Below, piece after piece: positions 29,320-37,845 of a stretch of 61,865 bases of DNA. The notes under the pieces were generated by a model. The model was given only the letters and a program-made list of their open reading frames with translations, ran no database searches and was not told the DNA's origin. Made by a program: the position numbers and the translations under genes. The stretch is from a virus (taxonomy: Duplodnaviria > Caudoviricetes). The DNA lies in IMG/VR virus record IMGVR_UViG_3300027747_000005, positions 1-61,865 of that record, one strand, 5' to 3'. Within the stretch, counting starts at the first letter, position 1, and the number at the start of each line of letters is the position of its first letter.

Positions 29320-29742
29320 TCAACACCCGCTTGCTGAACTGAGAGATCCACCCCACCGCGGCGTGCATTCCCCGCAAGCACAGCGACCTTCCAGATACAA
29401 AGCAGCAAACCGCAGCAACTCCGGGTCATCGCGGAAATGCCCCAAGCCCAGATTGCAACGGCTGCACAGCGCGCCGCGAACCTCGCCTGTTTTGTGGTTA
29501 TGGTCGATAGCCAACTGAATCGATTGCGTCTCACCGCAGATAATGCACTCGCGTATCTGCCGCGCCTCGGCAAACGAAACAACGTCGCTCACGCCGGGGG
29601 GCATGCGAGTCGCCTTTCGGTACTCGCTGCGGCATTGCTTGCACCAAGAATCCAAGCCATTCTTCTTGCGAGCGTTCTTGGGGAAGAAGGTTGCGGTGGC
29701 TTCTTTAGCCTCGCCGCACTTAGTGCAGGTCAGCAGTTCCAC
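29320..29742 (-). CDS. Endonuclease VII-like nuclease with N-terminal Zn finger
   Basis: CIIC...IDHNHKTGEVRGALCSRCN.GLG.F.DD. Confidence 0.88.
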   Translation of the reverse strand: MELLTCTKCGEAKEATATFFPKNARKKNGLDSWCKQCRSEYRKATRMPPGVSDVVSFAEARQIRECIICGETQSIQLAIDHNHKTGEVRGALCSRCNLGLGHFRDDPELLRFAALYLEGRCACGECTPRWGGSLSSASGC

Positions 29743-29999
29743 GCCCGCCTCGCCTTTCGCAAACGGCTATCGGGATCCGCGGCGGCTTCGGGCCACATCT
29801 TCATCTGACCAGCACTTCGGGCGCAGAAGGAATCCCTCCTCGGCCCGCCTTCTGGCTGGGGTGCTTGGAGATGGGCACCATTGGCGCGGTTGTAACTCTC
29901 CCGGCCACGCTCATTCAGCCCGCCTTCAGGATCCTGCCCCTCCTTGCGGCTCCATGCACCAGCCTTCAACTGGCGGATCTTGTCACCCTCTCTGTCCAC
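29730..29999 (-). CDS. Small basic protein of the AW.RKEG..P.GGLN type
   Basis: GGAGG RBS plus GTG; AWSRKEGQDPEGGLN...SFCAR...W.C. Confidence 0.7.
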   Translation of the reverse strand: MDREGDKIRQLKAGAWSRKEGQDPEGGLNERGRESYNRANGAHLQAPQPEGGPRRDSFCARSAGQMKMWPEAAADPDSRLRKARRAWNC

Positions 30000-30138
30000 T
30001 GACCTTCCTCCATTGCTTGGAATCGGGGTAGTCCTTGTCACCAGGCTTAGCCGGTGCCTCGCCCCGTTCACGCTTGGCGTGGATGTTGGCCCACAAGCCC
30101 TTCTTCAATTCCCGAATCTTCCCACCTTCTTTGTCCAT
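29983..30138 (-). CDS. 51-aa basic protein (GLWANIHAKR), not in track
   Basis: MDKEGGKIRELKKGLWANIHAKRERGE...; coupled on both sides. Confidence 0.65.
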   Translation of the reverse strand: MDKEGGKIRELKKGLWANIHAKRERGEAPAKPGDKDYPDSKQWRKVSGQRG

Positions 30139-30176
30139 TACTCGTCCCAGTCGTCATCAAAGAGGAAGTCAAACAT
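30138..30176 (-). CDS. Candidate 12-aa acidic micropeptide MFDFLFDDDWDE
   Basis: ATG overlaps the upstream stop; TAA overlaps the downstream ATG. Confidence 0.4.
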   Translation of the reverse strand: MFDFLFDDDWDE

Positions 30177-30693
30177 CGACCCACCGACCGTCAACGAATT
30201 GGCGATTAGTAACACCAGACGTTAACTGCTTCTGGAGCATGCGATCCTTCTCCCGCTCCTGCTGCTCCGCGGCCAGCCGCTGAAGGAGAGCCTCTTGGCG
30301 CATGGCCTCCATCTCTGTCTCATGCTCCATCCGGCGCTGTTCACGCAGCTGAGCTACCCGGGAGTCGTTCTCGTCCTGGTAGGCGTTCTGAACGTCATCG
30401 ACCATCCCGCCCAGGTGCTGTGCCTGCGCAGCGGGTCCAAAATCGTTTATAAAGCCTTGTTGCATCGAATGGCTCTGGGAGTAGGGCTGCATATTGAACG
30501 GCCGTCTAATCGCTTGCTGGGGCGCTTCCTGCGCATCTGGCTCGTCCTGGTCGTTGCTGAGTACCTGCTGGCGATCACTGAGGTACTTGGCGCGCTCAGC
30601 TGGAGTCAGGGTTCCCAGGTACTGGCGCATCTGGGTGTCGCCCTGCTTGGCGAGGAAATTGCGCGCGCGTTGCTGTTCGTAGCTAGTGGCCAT
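30169..30693 (-). CDS. Gln-rich coiled-coil protein, first late gene
   Basis: AGGAGG RBS, MATSYEQQR. Confidence 0.65.
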   Translation of the reverse strand: MATSYEQQRARNFLAKQGDTQMRQYLGTLTPAERAKYLSDRQQVLSNDQDEPDAQEAPQQAIRRPFNMQPYSQSHSMQQGFINDFGPAAQAQHLGGMVDDVQNAYQDENDSRVAQLREQRRMEHETEMEAMRQEALLQRLAAEQQEREKDRMLQKQLTSGVTNRQFVDGRWVDV

Positions 30694-30703
30694 CTGGACC
30701 CTC

Positions 30704-30720
30704 CTACAAGGCAAGTGCCC
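30704..30720 (-). promoter_or_regulatory. Candidate late promoter motif GGGCACTTGCCTTGTAG
   Basis: Sits at the head of the whole late region. Confidence 0.55.
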
Positions 30721-31128
30721 CGCGGCGACAGCGGGCACGCAGAGGGCGCAGAAACAAGGCCCAGATGGCTGGCGACACGCAGCCGGTTTCAGCTTTCGGG
30801 CTTTGGGAAACGCGGAAAAAGCGACATGTGGGGGCTAGAGGGTGGAAAAAATCCAGGGGTGGATATGACTGAATACCGCTATCGATCTGGGGGTGGGAGG
30901 GGGGTATTCGGCATGTCGCCTACCCTCCCTCCCGTTCCCTAAGCCTATGGCCTGCATAGACTTAGCTCACTCTCTCCGATTACGCACAGGAAACCTGCGA
31001 AGCTTACGTTTTCGTAAGGCGACGTTTTTTTCCGGCGGCGGCTTGGGATGCATCGCCGCCCCCCCAAACGCGACCGGCCCCGCGTCCATCTAAGGAAGCG
31101 GGGCCGGTCCATCGTCGCCTGCCTTGCC

Positions 31129-31881
31129 TTACTCTGCCTTCGCACGCCATGTGGTACGGTTCGCAAGGTCATCCGTTGTCCATGGGCTGGCCGTCACGGG
31201 TTCGCGGTTCGGTACAAACCGGCCCCGCTCGTCCCGGCCGAGCATCGCCCATGCTGCGATATCGGCTGACACTGGCACTGTCCGGCTCTTGCCGATATCC
31301 CGGTTTGCTACTGTACCCTTGTGCAGCACGCCATGGATGGTGACCGTCTCCCAACGGATGGCCGTATGAGTGTCGTAGCGTCCCTCCACAACTAGGATAC
31401 GCTCCCGGCGATTCCGGCCCCGTACGGCCTTCCTGCGGCTTTTACGTTGCCTATCGGAAACGTAGCGTAGCCCCTGCTGTGCTGCCTCTTTAGCCAAGAG
31501 AATGGCGAGCGGAGAGGGAGTGCGGGAATCCTCACTGGTGCCGGTTGACGGGGTAGCATCCCATCCCTCCGCCTGCTGCTGCTTTGCCAGTTTGGCAACT
31601 TTCCTGCGCTCCCTGTGATCGTCTGCCGTTTGGCCGAACCATCCTCGCATTCTCCATTTGCGAGCGTGCGAGGCTGCGGCGTGTTGGTGGCTTTCGGGAG
31701 TCCATTCCGAATAGTCTGCCGTTTGCCAGTCATAGATGATTCTCGCTACTACCTCTTCTCGCCCATCAAGAGAGAGGGGGGCCGGACAATCCGGCTGCGA
31801 ATGTTTGGACACGTACCGTCGAACGAAAAGCATCGTCTGCTTGGCGACGATATTGGACACGGTAAGAGGATTGTAAGACAT
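31129..31881 (-). CDS. Divergently transcribed basic hypothetical protein (possible regulator)
   Basis: GGAG RBS; two promoter-like elements upstream. Confidence 0.55.
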   Translation of the reverse strand: MSYNPLTVSNIVAKQTMLFVRRYVSKHSQPDCPAPLSLDGREEVVARIIYDWQTADYSEWTPESHQHAAASHARKWRMRGWFGQTADDHRERRKVAKLAKQQQAEGWDATPSTGTSEDSRTPSPLAILLAKEAAQQGLRYVSDRQRKSRRKAVRGRNRRERILVVEGRYDTHTAIRWETVTIHGVLHKGTVANRDIGKSRTVPVSADIAAWAMLGRDERGRFVPNREPVTASPWTTDDLANRTTWRAKAE

Positions 31882-31899
31882 GGTTCGTTCTCCGTTGCT

Positions 31900-31929
31900 A
31901 TTACTACTGCGTTGGGCCGGAACAATTCC
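31900..31929 (-). promoter_or_regulatory. Early repeat motif copy 1, GGAATTGTTC-N6-AACGCAGTAGTAAT
   Basis: 14-bp core identical to the copies at 32012 and 32181. Confidence 0.6.
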
Positions 31930-31944
31930 TGCCGCACGCCACTA

Positions 31945-31973
31945 TTTCTATCGTCTCTATATAGCCATGTCAA
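31945..31973 (-). promoter_or_regulatory. Sigma70-like promoter TTGACA-N17-TAGAAA
   Basis: Perfect -35, 17-nt spacer, 4/6 -10, AT-rich upstream tract. Confidence 0.5.
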
Positions 31974-31996
31974 TAAAAATCTTTCGCCCTTCCCAA

Positions 31997-32034
31997 GATT
32001 TGTTCTAGGGTAACGCAGTAGTAATAGTGTCAAC
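31997..32034 (+). promoter_or_regulatory. Early repeat motif copy 2
   Basis: GATTTGTTCTAGGGTAACGCAGTAGTAATAGTGTCAAC. Confidence 0.6.
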
Positions 32035-32164
32035 GAAAAACACTCACCAAGTGTAATCGATGACAGTGCCGATACTGTGCGGCGACACTATAAGCCGTGC
32101 AATCAGCGATGGAGCAAGACTGCTCCATACTCTGCGCCCAGTGAACATTCCCGATAATTTTTCG

Positions 32165-32203
32165 GGAATTGTTCTCTGGTAACGCAGTAGTAATTCGCTC
32201 AAC
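32165..32203 (+). promoter_or_regulatory. Early repeat motif copy 3
   Basis: GGAATTGTTCTCTGGTAACGCAGTAGTAATTCGCTCAAC. Confidence 0.6.
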
Positions 32204-32284
32204 AAATGACGAACAATTCGCCGCACATCGCACGCAGGATGCGTGTTGCTACTGTGCATGCGGGCAGCGCAGGGAGGCGCTACA

Positions 32285-32362
32285 ATGGAACGACATATTA
32301 CCGTGTTCGGTATTGCGGTCTGCATGTTCATCTGCTGGGTGTCCCAGCTGTGGGCGTGGTGA
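32285..32362 (+). CDS. Candidate 25-aa hydrophobic peptide
   Basis: GGGAGG RBS; MERHITVFGIAVCMFICWVSQLWAW. Confidence 0.4.
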   Translation: MERHITVFGIAVCMFICWVSQLWAW

Positions 32363-32480
32363 CGACATCCGATCACGGGCAGGTGGCACTAGGTGACTAG
32401 GTCAAATATAGGTGACCAAGTCCAGCCGCCTGCCCGCGTTCCGGTGCCGTTGTGGTTCCGGTTTCTTTCAGGAGGTGCGT

Positions 32481-33272
32481 ATGGTCGCAAGATCACGCAC
32501 CGTCAAGCCACTGGGTGTCATTCTGCACCGTGGTCAGTCTGCCTTCGATGGTTCGCCCTACGTGGTGATCATGCCACTGGGCAAGCCATCCAAGAATGGC
32601 AAGACGGGCAAGATGCTTCAGACCTACATTCTTAGGTCACATGTGCATCCAGTGGTGGCGGTGCGCAATGGGGGCGACGTTGGTATCTGCAACGATTGCC
32701 CTATGCGTGGTCTGGATGGACGCAAGCGGTTCCGTGCTTGCTATGTGAACGTCGGGCAGGGGCCGACAATGGTCTACGATGCGTTCAAGCGTGGGCGCTA
32801 CGTTGACTATGTTCCCTCCCTGCATGATGAATTCATCCGGGGCCGTAAGGTGCGGTTCGGCACCTACGGAGAGCCGGTGCTTATTCCCTTGGAGTTGGTG
32901 CAGCATCTGGTCAGCCTTTCATCGGGCTGGACGGGCTACACCCACCAATGGGCGAACCTGCACTTTGCAGGCTATCGGCAGTATCTCATGGCCAGTGTGC
33001 ATGGTCTTACGGGGCCGTGGTCACGGGAGCATGCAAAGTCTCTTGGCTGGCGCACCTTCCGCACCAAGCGTGCAGGTGAACCGGCTGCGGGTGAGATTCT
33101 CTGCCCAGCCTCTCTGGAAGCTGGCAAGCGACTGACCTGCGAGCAGTGCCGTCTGTGTGACGGTGCCGGTACTCGCAAGGCCGGTCTGCAGATGGTGGAT
33201 ATCTACATACCTGGGCATGGTGGCAAGGCGATTATGTCTGCCGTTGCCAACCTGCCCATTCTCCAAGGATGA
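32481..33272 (+). CDS. Cys-motif (Gp88-like, radical-SAM-related) phage protein
   Basis: N.KTG, C..C...CY, RFG.YGEP, GYTHQW, ASV, CPA...TC..C.LC...H motifs; GGAGG RBS. Confidence 0.6.
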   Translation: MVARSRTVKPLGVILHRGQSAFDGSPYVVIMPLGKPSKNGKTGKMLQTYILRSHVHPVVAVRNGGDVGICNDCPMRGLDGRKRFRACYVNVGQGPTMVYDAFKRGRYVDYVPSLHDEFIRGRKVRFGTYGEPVLIPLELVQHLVSLSSGWTGYTHQWANLHFAGYRQYLMASVHGLTGPWSREHAKSLGWRTFRTKRAGEPAAGEILCPASLEAGKRLTCEQCRLCDGAGTRKAGLQMVDIYIPGHGGKAIMSAVANLPILQG

Positions 33273-33410
33273 GGTGTGATATGTGGGCCGTTCGTACCGC
33301 GCGTCGATATCTGGCGGTGTTCAATGACCGCTGGGAAGCAGAGCAGTGGTTGCGTGATTGGGTGTCCATCCATGGGCACCGCGCCTACCTCGCAAGAACG
33401 GAGGTCTGAC

Positions 33411-33548
33411 ATGCGCAAGACCCCAGGCGCTAGCAAGGCGCATGGTAGCTGCGGCTACTGGAAACATCTGCGGAAGTTCGGCAAGCGGCTCGCCAACAAG
33501 GCGGGCCGTAAGTTTTTCCGGCGGGATTTGTCCCGGCTGAGTGAGTAG
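33411..33548 (+). CDS. 45-aa very basic peptide
   Basis: GGAGG RBS; MRKTPG...WKHLRKFGKRLANK..R. Confidence 0.55.
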   Translation: MRKTPGASKAHGSCGYWKHLRKFGKRLANKAGRKFFRRDLSRLSE

Positions 33549-33562
33549 TAACAGTGTCAACC
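33525..33562 (+). promoter_or_regulatory. Early repeat motif copy 4 (diverged)
   Basis: GATTTGTCCCGGCTGAGTGAGTAGTAACAGTGTCAAC, upstream of 33579. Confidence 0.5.
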
Positions 33563-33578
33563 AACAACGGAGGGTTCA

Positions 33579-34004
33579 ATGTCGATCCGACAACGGTTCA
33601 ATGCGTGGATCCAAGGCAAGGTGGATGCCGCCGTGGCAAGGTACATGCCGAGCGGCGAGGCGGTGATTATCAGCGCCATCAACGGCATCGACCGGAAGGA
33701 TTTGGCGTGGCATGTGGATACGCCTGACTTCCGCAAGAACGTCGCCCAGTTTGTGAAGGAGGAGCTAGAGGGTGACATCGATACTGACGAGATCGTCCGC
33801 AAGGTAGTGCGGGAGATCGATGCGTCAGAGGTTGCGTCCTACATGGACACTTCCGATGTCGCATCCAATCTGGACATCGAACCCTCTGAGATCGCAGAGC
33901 GTGTGCTGGATGACCTGGACATGTCCTCGCTGGCCGAGGAACTGGACTACGACAAGCTGGCAGTGGCACTGGTGTGCAAGTTGAAGGAAGCGTTGACTAA
34001 CTAA
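33579..34004 (+). CDS. Acidic protein with ~9-aa helical repeats
   Basis: IDTDEIVRK, IDASEVASY, MDTSDVASN, LDMSSLAEE, LDYDKLAVA. Confidence 0.7.
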   Translation: MSIRQRFNAWIQGKVDAAVARYMPSGEAVIISAINGIDRKDLAWHVDTPDFRKNVAQFVKEELEGDIDTDEIVRKVVREIDASEVASYMDTSDVASNLDIEPSEIAERVLDDLDMSSLAEELDYDKLAVALVCKLKEALTN

Positions 34005-34021
34005 CCAAAGGGGTGATGCGT

Positions 34022-34810
34022 ATGTGTCTAGCAATCTACAAGCCTTCTAAGGTAAAGCCTGACTGGGATGCCTTGGAGGAGGGGTTTAAGAGCAACTCGC
34101 ACGGTGCGGGGTTTGCTGTGGTGATGGATGGTTCCATCCAGATCCACAAGGGGTTCTTCAACTTCGATGACTTTGCCCGTGCGTACATGCCTTTGGAGGA
34201 CAAGCAGGCGCTTATCCACTTCAGGCTGGCTACGCACGGTGCGCGTGATGCTGAGATGTGCCACCCGTTTAGCGTGACCGATGAGACGGCCATGATCCAC
34301 AACGGCATCCTTAACATCAGCACCGATGACGACAAGACCAAGTCTGATACGTGGCATTACGTGGAGTACATCCTCAAGCCGCTAGCTGAGCGGGACCGGG
34401 ACTTCTACTCCGACAATTCCATCCGGTTCCTGGGTGAGTCTGCGATCAGCGGCTCCAAGTTCTGCTTCCTGCGAGCAGACGGTGACTGGCAGATTTGGAA
34501 CAGCGAGGACGGTCACTGGGGTGGCGATGCGTGGTACTCCAACCGGAGCTACGTCAAAAGCATCGGGTACACGCGGTGGCCGAAAGAGAAAGAGAAGGAA
34601 GAGACGCCGGTAGACCTGCATGCTTACGAAGCTGCGGACGAGAGCCGGTACTACCACTCGCTCACCACATCTGCGAAGTGGGAGTACGAGGACTTGCTAG
34701 AGGATGGGTACACCGCAGCTGACCTGGACGACTATATCCAGAACGACGGGGTGATTGCGTTGCGTTATCTGAATCGACAGCACAGCAAGTACGACGAGGA
34801 GAATGTATGA
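34022..34810 (+). CDS. Class II (Ntn) glutamine amidotransferase
   Basis: N-terminal MC, N.HG.G, HFR.ATHG, HPF, HNGI, SDT. Confidence 0.9.
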   Translation: MCLAIYKPSKVKPDWDALEEGFKSNSHGAGFAVVMDGSIQIHKGFFNFDDFARAYMPLEDKQALIHFRLATHGARDAEMCHPFSVTDETAMIHNGILNISTDDDKTKSDTWHYVEYILKPLAERDRDFYSDNSIRFLGESAISGSKFCFLRADGDWQIWNSEDGHWGGDAWYSNRSYVKSIGYTRWPKEKEKEETPVDLHAYEAADESRYYHSLTTSAKWEYEDLLEDGYTAADLDDYIQNDGVIALRYLNRQHSKYDEENV

Positions 34811-35973
34811 CCACAACAAATACTGAGGCGGAAGTCCTTTGCGAGGACGGGGAAACCCGTCCTCTTTCTGTTTGTGTGCAGGATCATGCCGGTCGATGGA
34901 ATGATACCGATGACTGCGTCGATATTGAAGGCAGCTACTACAACTTCAACGATGCCCTCATCTGCTATGTGGAGTCGCGTGATGAGTGGTTCCTGCGGGA
35001 AGACTGCATGCGTGTCGGCTCTGATTGGGTGCATGAGAACGATGCCTTTCACTGCCACATGTGCAACCGCGGTGGCCATGACGATGACTCTTGCACCGAT
35101 CCCGATGGCGGGACACTCTGTCGGCGGTGCTATGAGTACAACGTCTGCAACTGCGCAAATTGCGGCGACGAGCAGTGGTGCGACGAGAGCAACCTGGATG
35201 AGGACGGGTACTGCACGGATTGCGCCGAGCCGCCTAGTCTGATCTCCGGGTACAGCGACAGGTCTGCCAACCGTCTGAAGCCCGAGACAAAGGACAAGCT
35301 GCGGTTCGGTGTGGAGCTGGAGGTGGAGGGATACGAGTCTGCCGAGCAGGCAGCGGAGTACATCCGACAACACCTGCCCACTACCTACTGCACGCTCAAA
35401 AGTGACGGTAGTTTGGGCGAGGCTGGCGTGGAGATTGTGACAAGGCCGGACAGTATCGCAGTCCACAAGCGTATGTTCGGTGCGCTGTTTGCTGATTCTC
35501 CCGGCAAGGCGTTGTCTAGCTGGACAAATGGACGGTGCGGCATGCACGTTCACATCTCCAAGGATGCCCTGTCTCAACTGCAGATCGGCAAGATGTTGTG
35601 CTTCCTCAACGAGCCTGCTGCTGAGAATTTCATCAGCAAGGTCGCTGGTCGCAGGCCGTGCAGCTGGTGCAAGGTACACAAGAAGAAGCTGACCGATGTG
35701 CGGAAGGAGCATGACCGCTACACCGCGCTCAATGTGACCAACCGTCACACCGTAGAGGTGCGCATCTTCAAAGGCACGCTGGCCGAGGCTGGGTTTATGA
35801 AGAACCTGGAGTTTGTGCAGGCATTGGTTGAGTTCACTGCACCTGCGAGCCGGTCAATCTCGCAGGCTACATCGCACCGTGCATTCTGCGAGTGGCTCCC
35901 CAAGAAAGCCTATCCGCACCTGCATGCGTTTCTGGTTGCCAAGGGTTTCATTCGTCGCCGCAATGCGGCATAA
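34807..35973 (+). CDS. COOH-NH2 amidoligase (Amidoligase_2-like) with N-terminal Cys/Zn ribbons
   Basis: FGVELE, SDGSL, EIVTRP, CGMHVH, RY.ALN, TVEVRIF; several CxxC pairs at the N-terminus. Confidence 0.88.
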   Translation: MTTTNTEAEVLCEDGETRPLSVCVQDHAGRWNDTDDCVDIEGSYYNFNDALICYVESRDEWFLREDCMRVGSDWVHENDAFHCHMCNRGGHDDDSCTDPDGGTLCRRCYEYNVCNCANCGDEQWCDESNLDEDGYCTDCAEPPSLISGYSDRSANRLKPETKDKLRFGVELEVEGYESAEQAAEYIRQHLPTTYCTLKSDGSLGEAGVEIVTRPDSIAVHKRMFGALFADSPGKALSSWTNGRCGMHVHISKDALSQLQIGKMLCFLNEPAAENFISKVAGRRPCSWCKVHKKKLTDVRKEHDRYTALNVTNRHTVEVRIFKGTLAEAGFMKNLEFVQALVEFTAPASRSISQATSHRAFCEWLPKKAYPHLHAFLVAKGFIRRRNAA

Positions 35974-35988
35974 GCAAGGAGGTTGATT

Positions 35989-36279
35989 ATGGCTAAGGTA
36001 AATGAAGACAAGTTTCTCCGCACCATTACCCGTCACTGGCTGAAGGGTAGCACTCTCACTGCTGCGGCGCGTGAGATGGGTATCACGGTAGCGTCCGCAT
36101 GCAGCAGGCTGCGTGCGCTGCGTGAGCGTGGGGTAGGCAATCTCAGCGGCTGGGGTATCCCGCGCCGCAAGAAGCATGTGGCTGCACGCAAGTCACATGC
36201 ACCTGCGAGGGTGGCCAAGCCGCCCAAGCACGCAGCCAAGGCGTGGGTCTTGTATGTCGGTCACCCTACAGCCGTGTGA
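35989..36279 (+). CDS. HTH DNA-binding protein
   Basis: TLTAAAREMGITVASACSRL..LR.RGV. Confidence 0.65.
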   Translation: MAKVNEDKFLRTITRHWLKGSTLTAAAREMGITVASACSRLRALRERGVGNLSGWGIPRRKKHVAARKSHAPARVAKPPKHAAKAWVLYVGHPTAV

Positions 36280-36309
36280 AGCTGTACACTTTTACACTGG
36301 AGGAAGATC

Positions 36310-36648
36310 ATGCGACTAGGATCTGAGACTGGTAGTGCGATGAACCATGTGTACACAACCGGCACCCAGCCCAACCCAGAGGTTGGCATGGGGGCGACGA
36401 TGTGTTCATGGACTGACCGGCATGCCGGAACCATTGTCAAAGTCACGCCGTGTCAGGTGCATGTTCAGCAGGACACGGCTAAGAGGACAGACGAGAACGG
36501 CATGAGCGAGTGTCAGAGGTATGAGTACACCCCCAATCCGCATGCGCAGATCACCATCTTTCGACATACCAAGCGAGGGTGGCGCAGTAAGTGCGGGAAG
36601 AGGCTGATGATTGGCGTGCGCATGGAATACTACGACTACTCTTTCTAA
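36310..36648 (+). CDS. Conserved-looking phage protein (P.VGMGAT...TDR...YYDYSF)
   Basis: GGAGG RBS; SH3-like strand pattern. Confidence 0.65.
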   Translation: MRLGSETGSAMNHVYTTGTQPNPEVGMGATMCSWTDRHAGTIVKVTPCQVHVQQDTAKRTDENGMSECQRYEYTPNPHAQITIFRHTKRGWRSKCGKRLMIGVRMEYYDYSF

Positions 36649-36658
36649 GGAGCGAGCG

Positions 36659-36865
36659 ATGAAGAAGCGAGCGGGTGATCTGAAGGAAGAGGACCGCGTC
36701 GATGCAACGTCCTGCCCCTACCTGCATGACCACACCATGGCCGATATGGAGTGGTTTACCGTGCAGGAGGTGGAGATAGAGGGCAACGAATGCGTCTGCG
36801 TGTACTACGACTATGAGACCTGCGGTTATCCGCCTGACACCATGTTGGAGGTTGACGATGAGTGA
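36659..36865 (+). CDS. Small acidic hypothetical protein
   Basis: AAGGAG RBS; coupled. Confidence 0.55.
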   Translation: MKKRAGDLKEEDRVDATSCPYLHDHTMADMEWFTVQEVEIEGNECVCVYYDYETCGYPPDTMLEVDDE

Positions 36866-37154
36866 GCATACACCAGGACCGTGGGCAGTGGGCGAACACC
36901 GTGGCGTGTGGGTGGGGCCAGTGATCAGCGCCGAGGGTGGCAAGAAGGGGGTGGCGTTTGTGTGCGGTGAGTCCGATGCGAACGCTCGCCTCATTGCCAG
37001 TGCCCCGGAGTTGCTGGCCGCGCTGCACATAGCGGCGGATGCGCTGGACTATGCGCAGGCTCAAGTTGATTCGGAGAACGATGCACACAACCTGCGTGTA
37101 CGGTTGGTGCAGGTGAAGAGAGTGATTGCCAAGGCAGAGGGGAAGGGTGAGTGA
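36858..37154 (+). CDS. HTPGPW...ANARLIA.APELL type phage protein
   Basis: Signature motifs present. Confidence 0.75.
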   Translation: MSEHTPGPWAVGEHRGVWVGPVISAEGGKKGVAFVCGESDANARLIASAPELLAALHIAADALDYAQAQVDSENDAHNLRVRLVQVKRVIAKAEGKGE

Positions 37155-37363
37155 TGCCGAAAAAGCGGAGCAAGATGGGGCAGTTGTCCCGCTCGTACCA
37201 TGCCGATGTGGCGTGGTGCGCCGAGGACATCCAGGAGTTGCGGCCGGAATGGTCGGCCAAGAAGTGCAATGCGTTCCTCATGGATAATGAGGACGAGATT
37301 CAATGCCGGATGATTGAAGAGGGATGGGAAGCAATCAAAGATTTACTACCGAGGGAGGAATGA
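37151..37363 (+). CDS. Small hypothetical protein
   Basis: Coupled ORF. Confidence 0.55.
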   Translation: MMPKKRSKMGQLSRSYHADVAWCAEDIQELRPEWSAKKCNAFLMDNEDEIQCRMIEEGWEAIKDLLPREE

Positions 37364-37668
37364 TGGCACATACACCCGGGCGGTGGGAGTTGGTGTGGTT
37401 TCGCGGCAAAGGCAGCGTAGCCCGCATCCGGCTGAACGGATCGACGGTCTACCAAGTAAGCGATGTGACTGACCCGGAGTTCCCATCCGGCACGCCCCGC
37501 TACAACTTAGATGACTTGCGATTGATGGCAGCAGCACCTGAGTTGCTGGAGGCGTGCAGGAACTTGTTGCGCATGTGTGATGGCGAGGTCGAATACGAGT
37601 CAGAGACCAAGCCGATACTTGCTCGCGCGCGTCAGGCGATCCGGCAGGCAGAAGGACGGGCTGGCTAA
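37360..37668 (+). CDS. Second HTPG.W...AAAPELL type protein
   Basis: Paralog of 36858. Confidence 0.7.
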   Translation: MMAHTPGRWELVWFRGKGSVARIRLNGSTVYQVSDVTDPEFPSGTPRYNLDDLRLMAAAPELLEACRNLLRMCDGEVEYESETKPILARARQAIRQAEGRAG

Positions 37669-37689
37669 CCCTTAACAAGGAGGACAGGG

Positions 37690-37845
37690 ATGTCTATGAT
37701 TGACGCTTGGACTGACGAGAAGATAGAGACGGCCATTCGCCTGTTGGTCTGCGCCGAGGGGTTGTTGGAACCCTTCCGTGACCAGGAGGGTGATTGGGGT
37801 AGGGTGTACGAACAGATCCACAAGTTTTTGAAGGAGGACTGCTGA
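37690..37845 (+). CDS. 51-aa hypothetical protein, not in track
   Basis: AAGGAGG RBS; TGATG coupling. Confidence 0.55.
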   Translation: MSMIDAWTDEKIETAIRLLVCAEGLLEPFRDQEGDWGRVYEQIHKFLKEDC

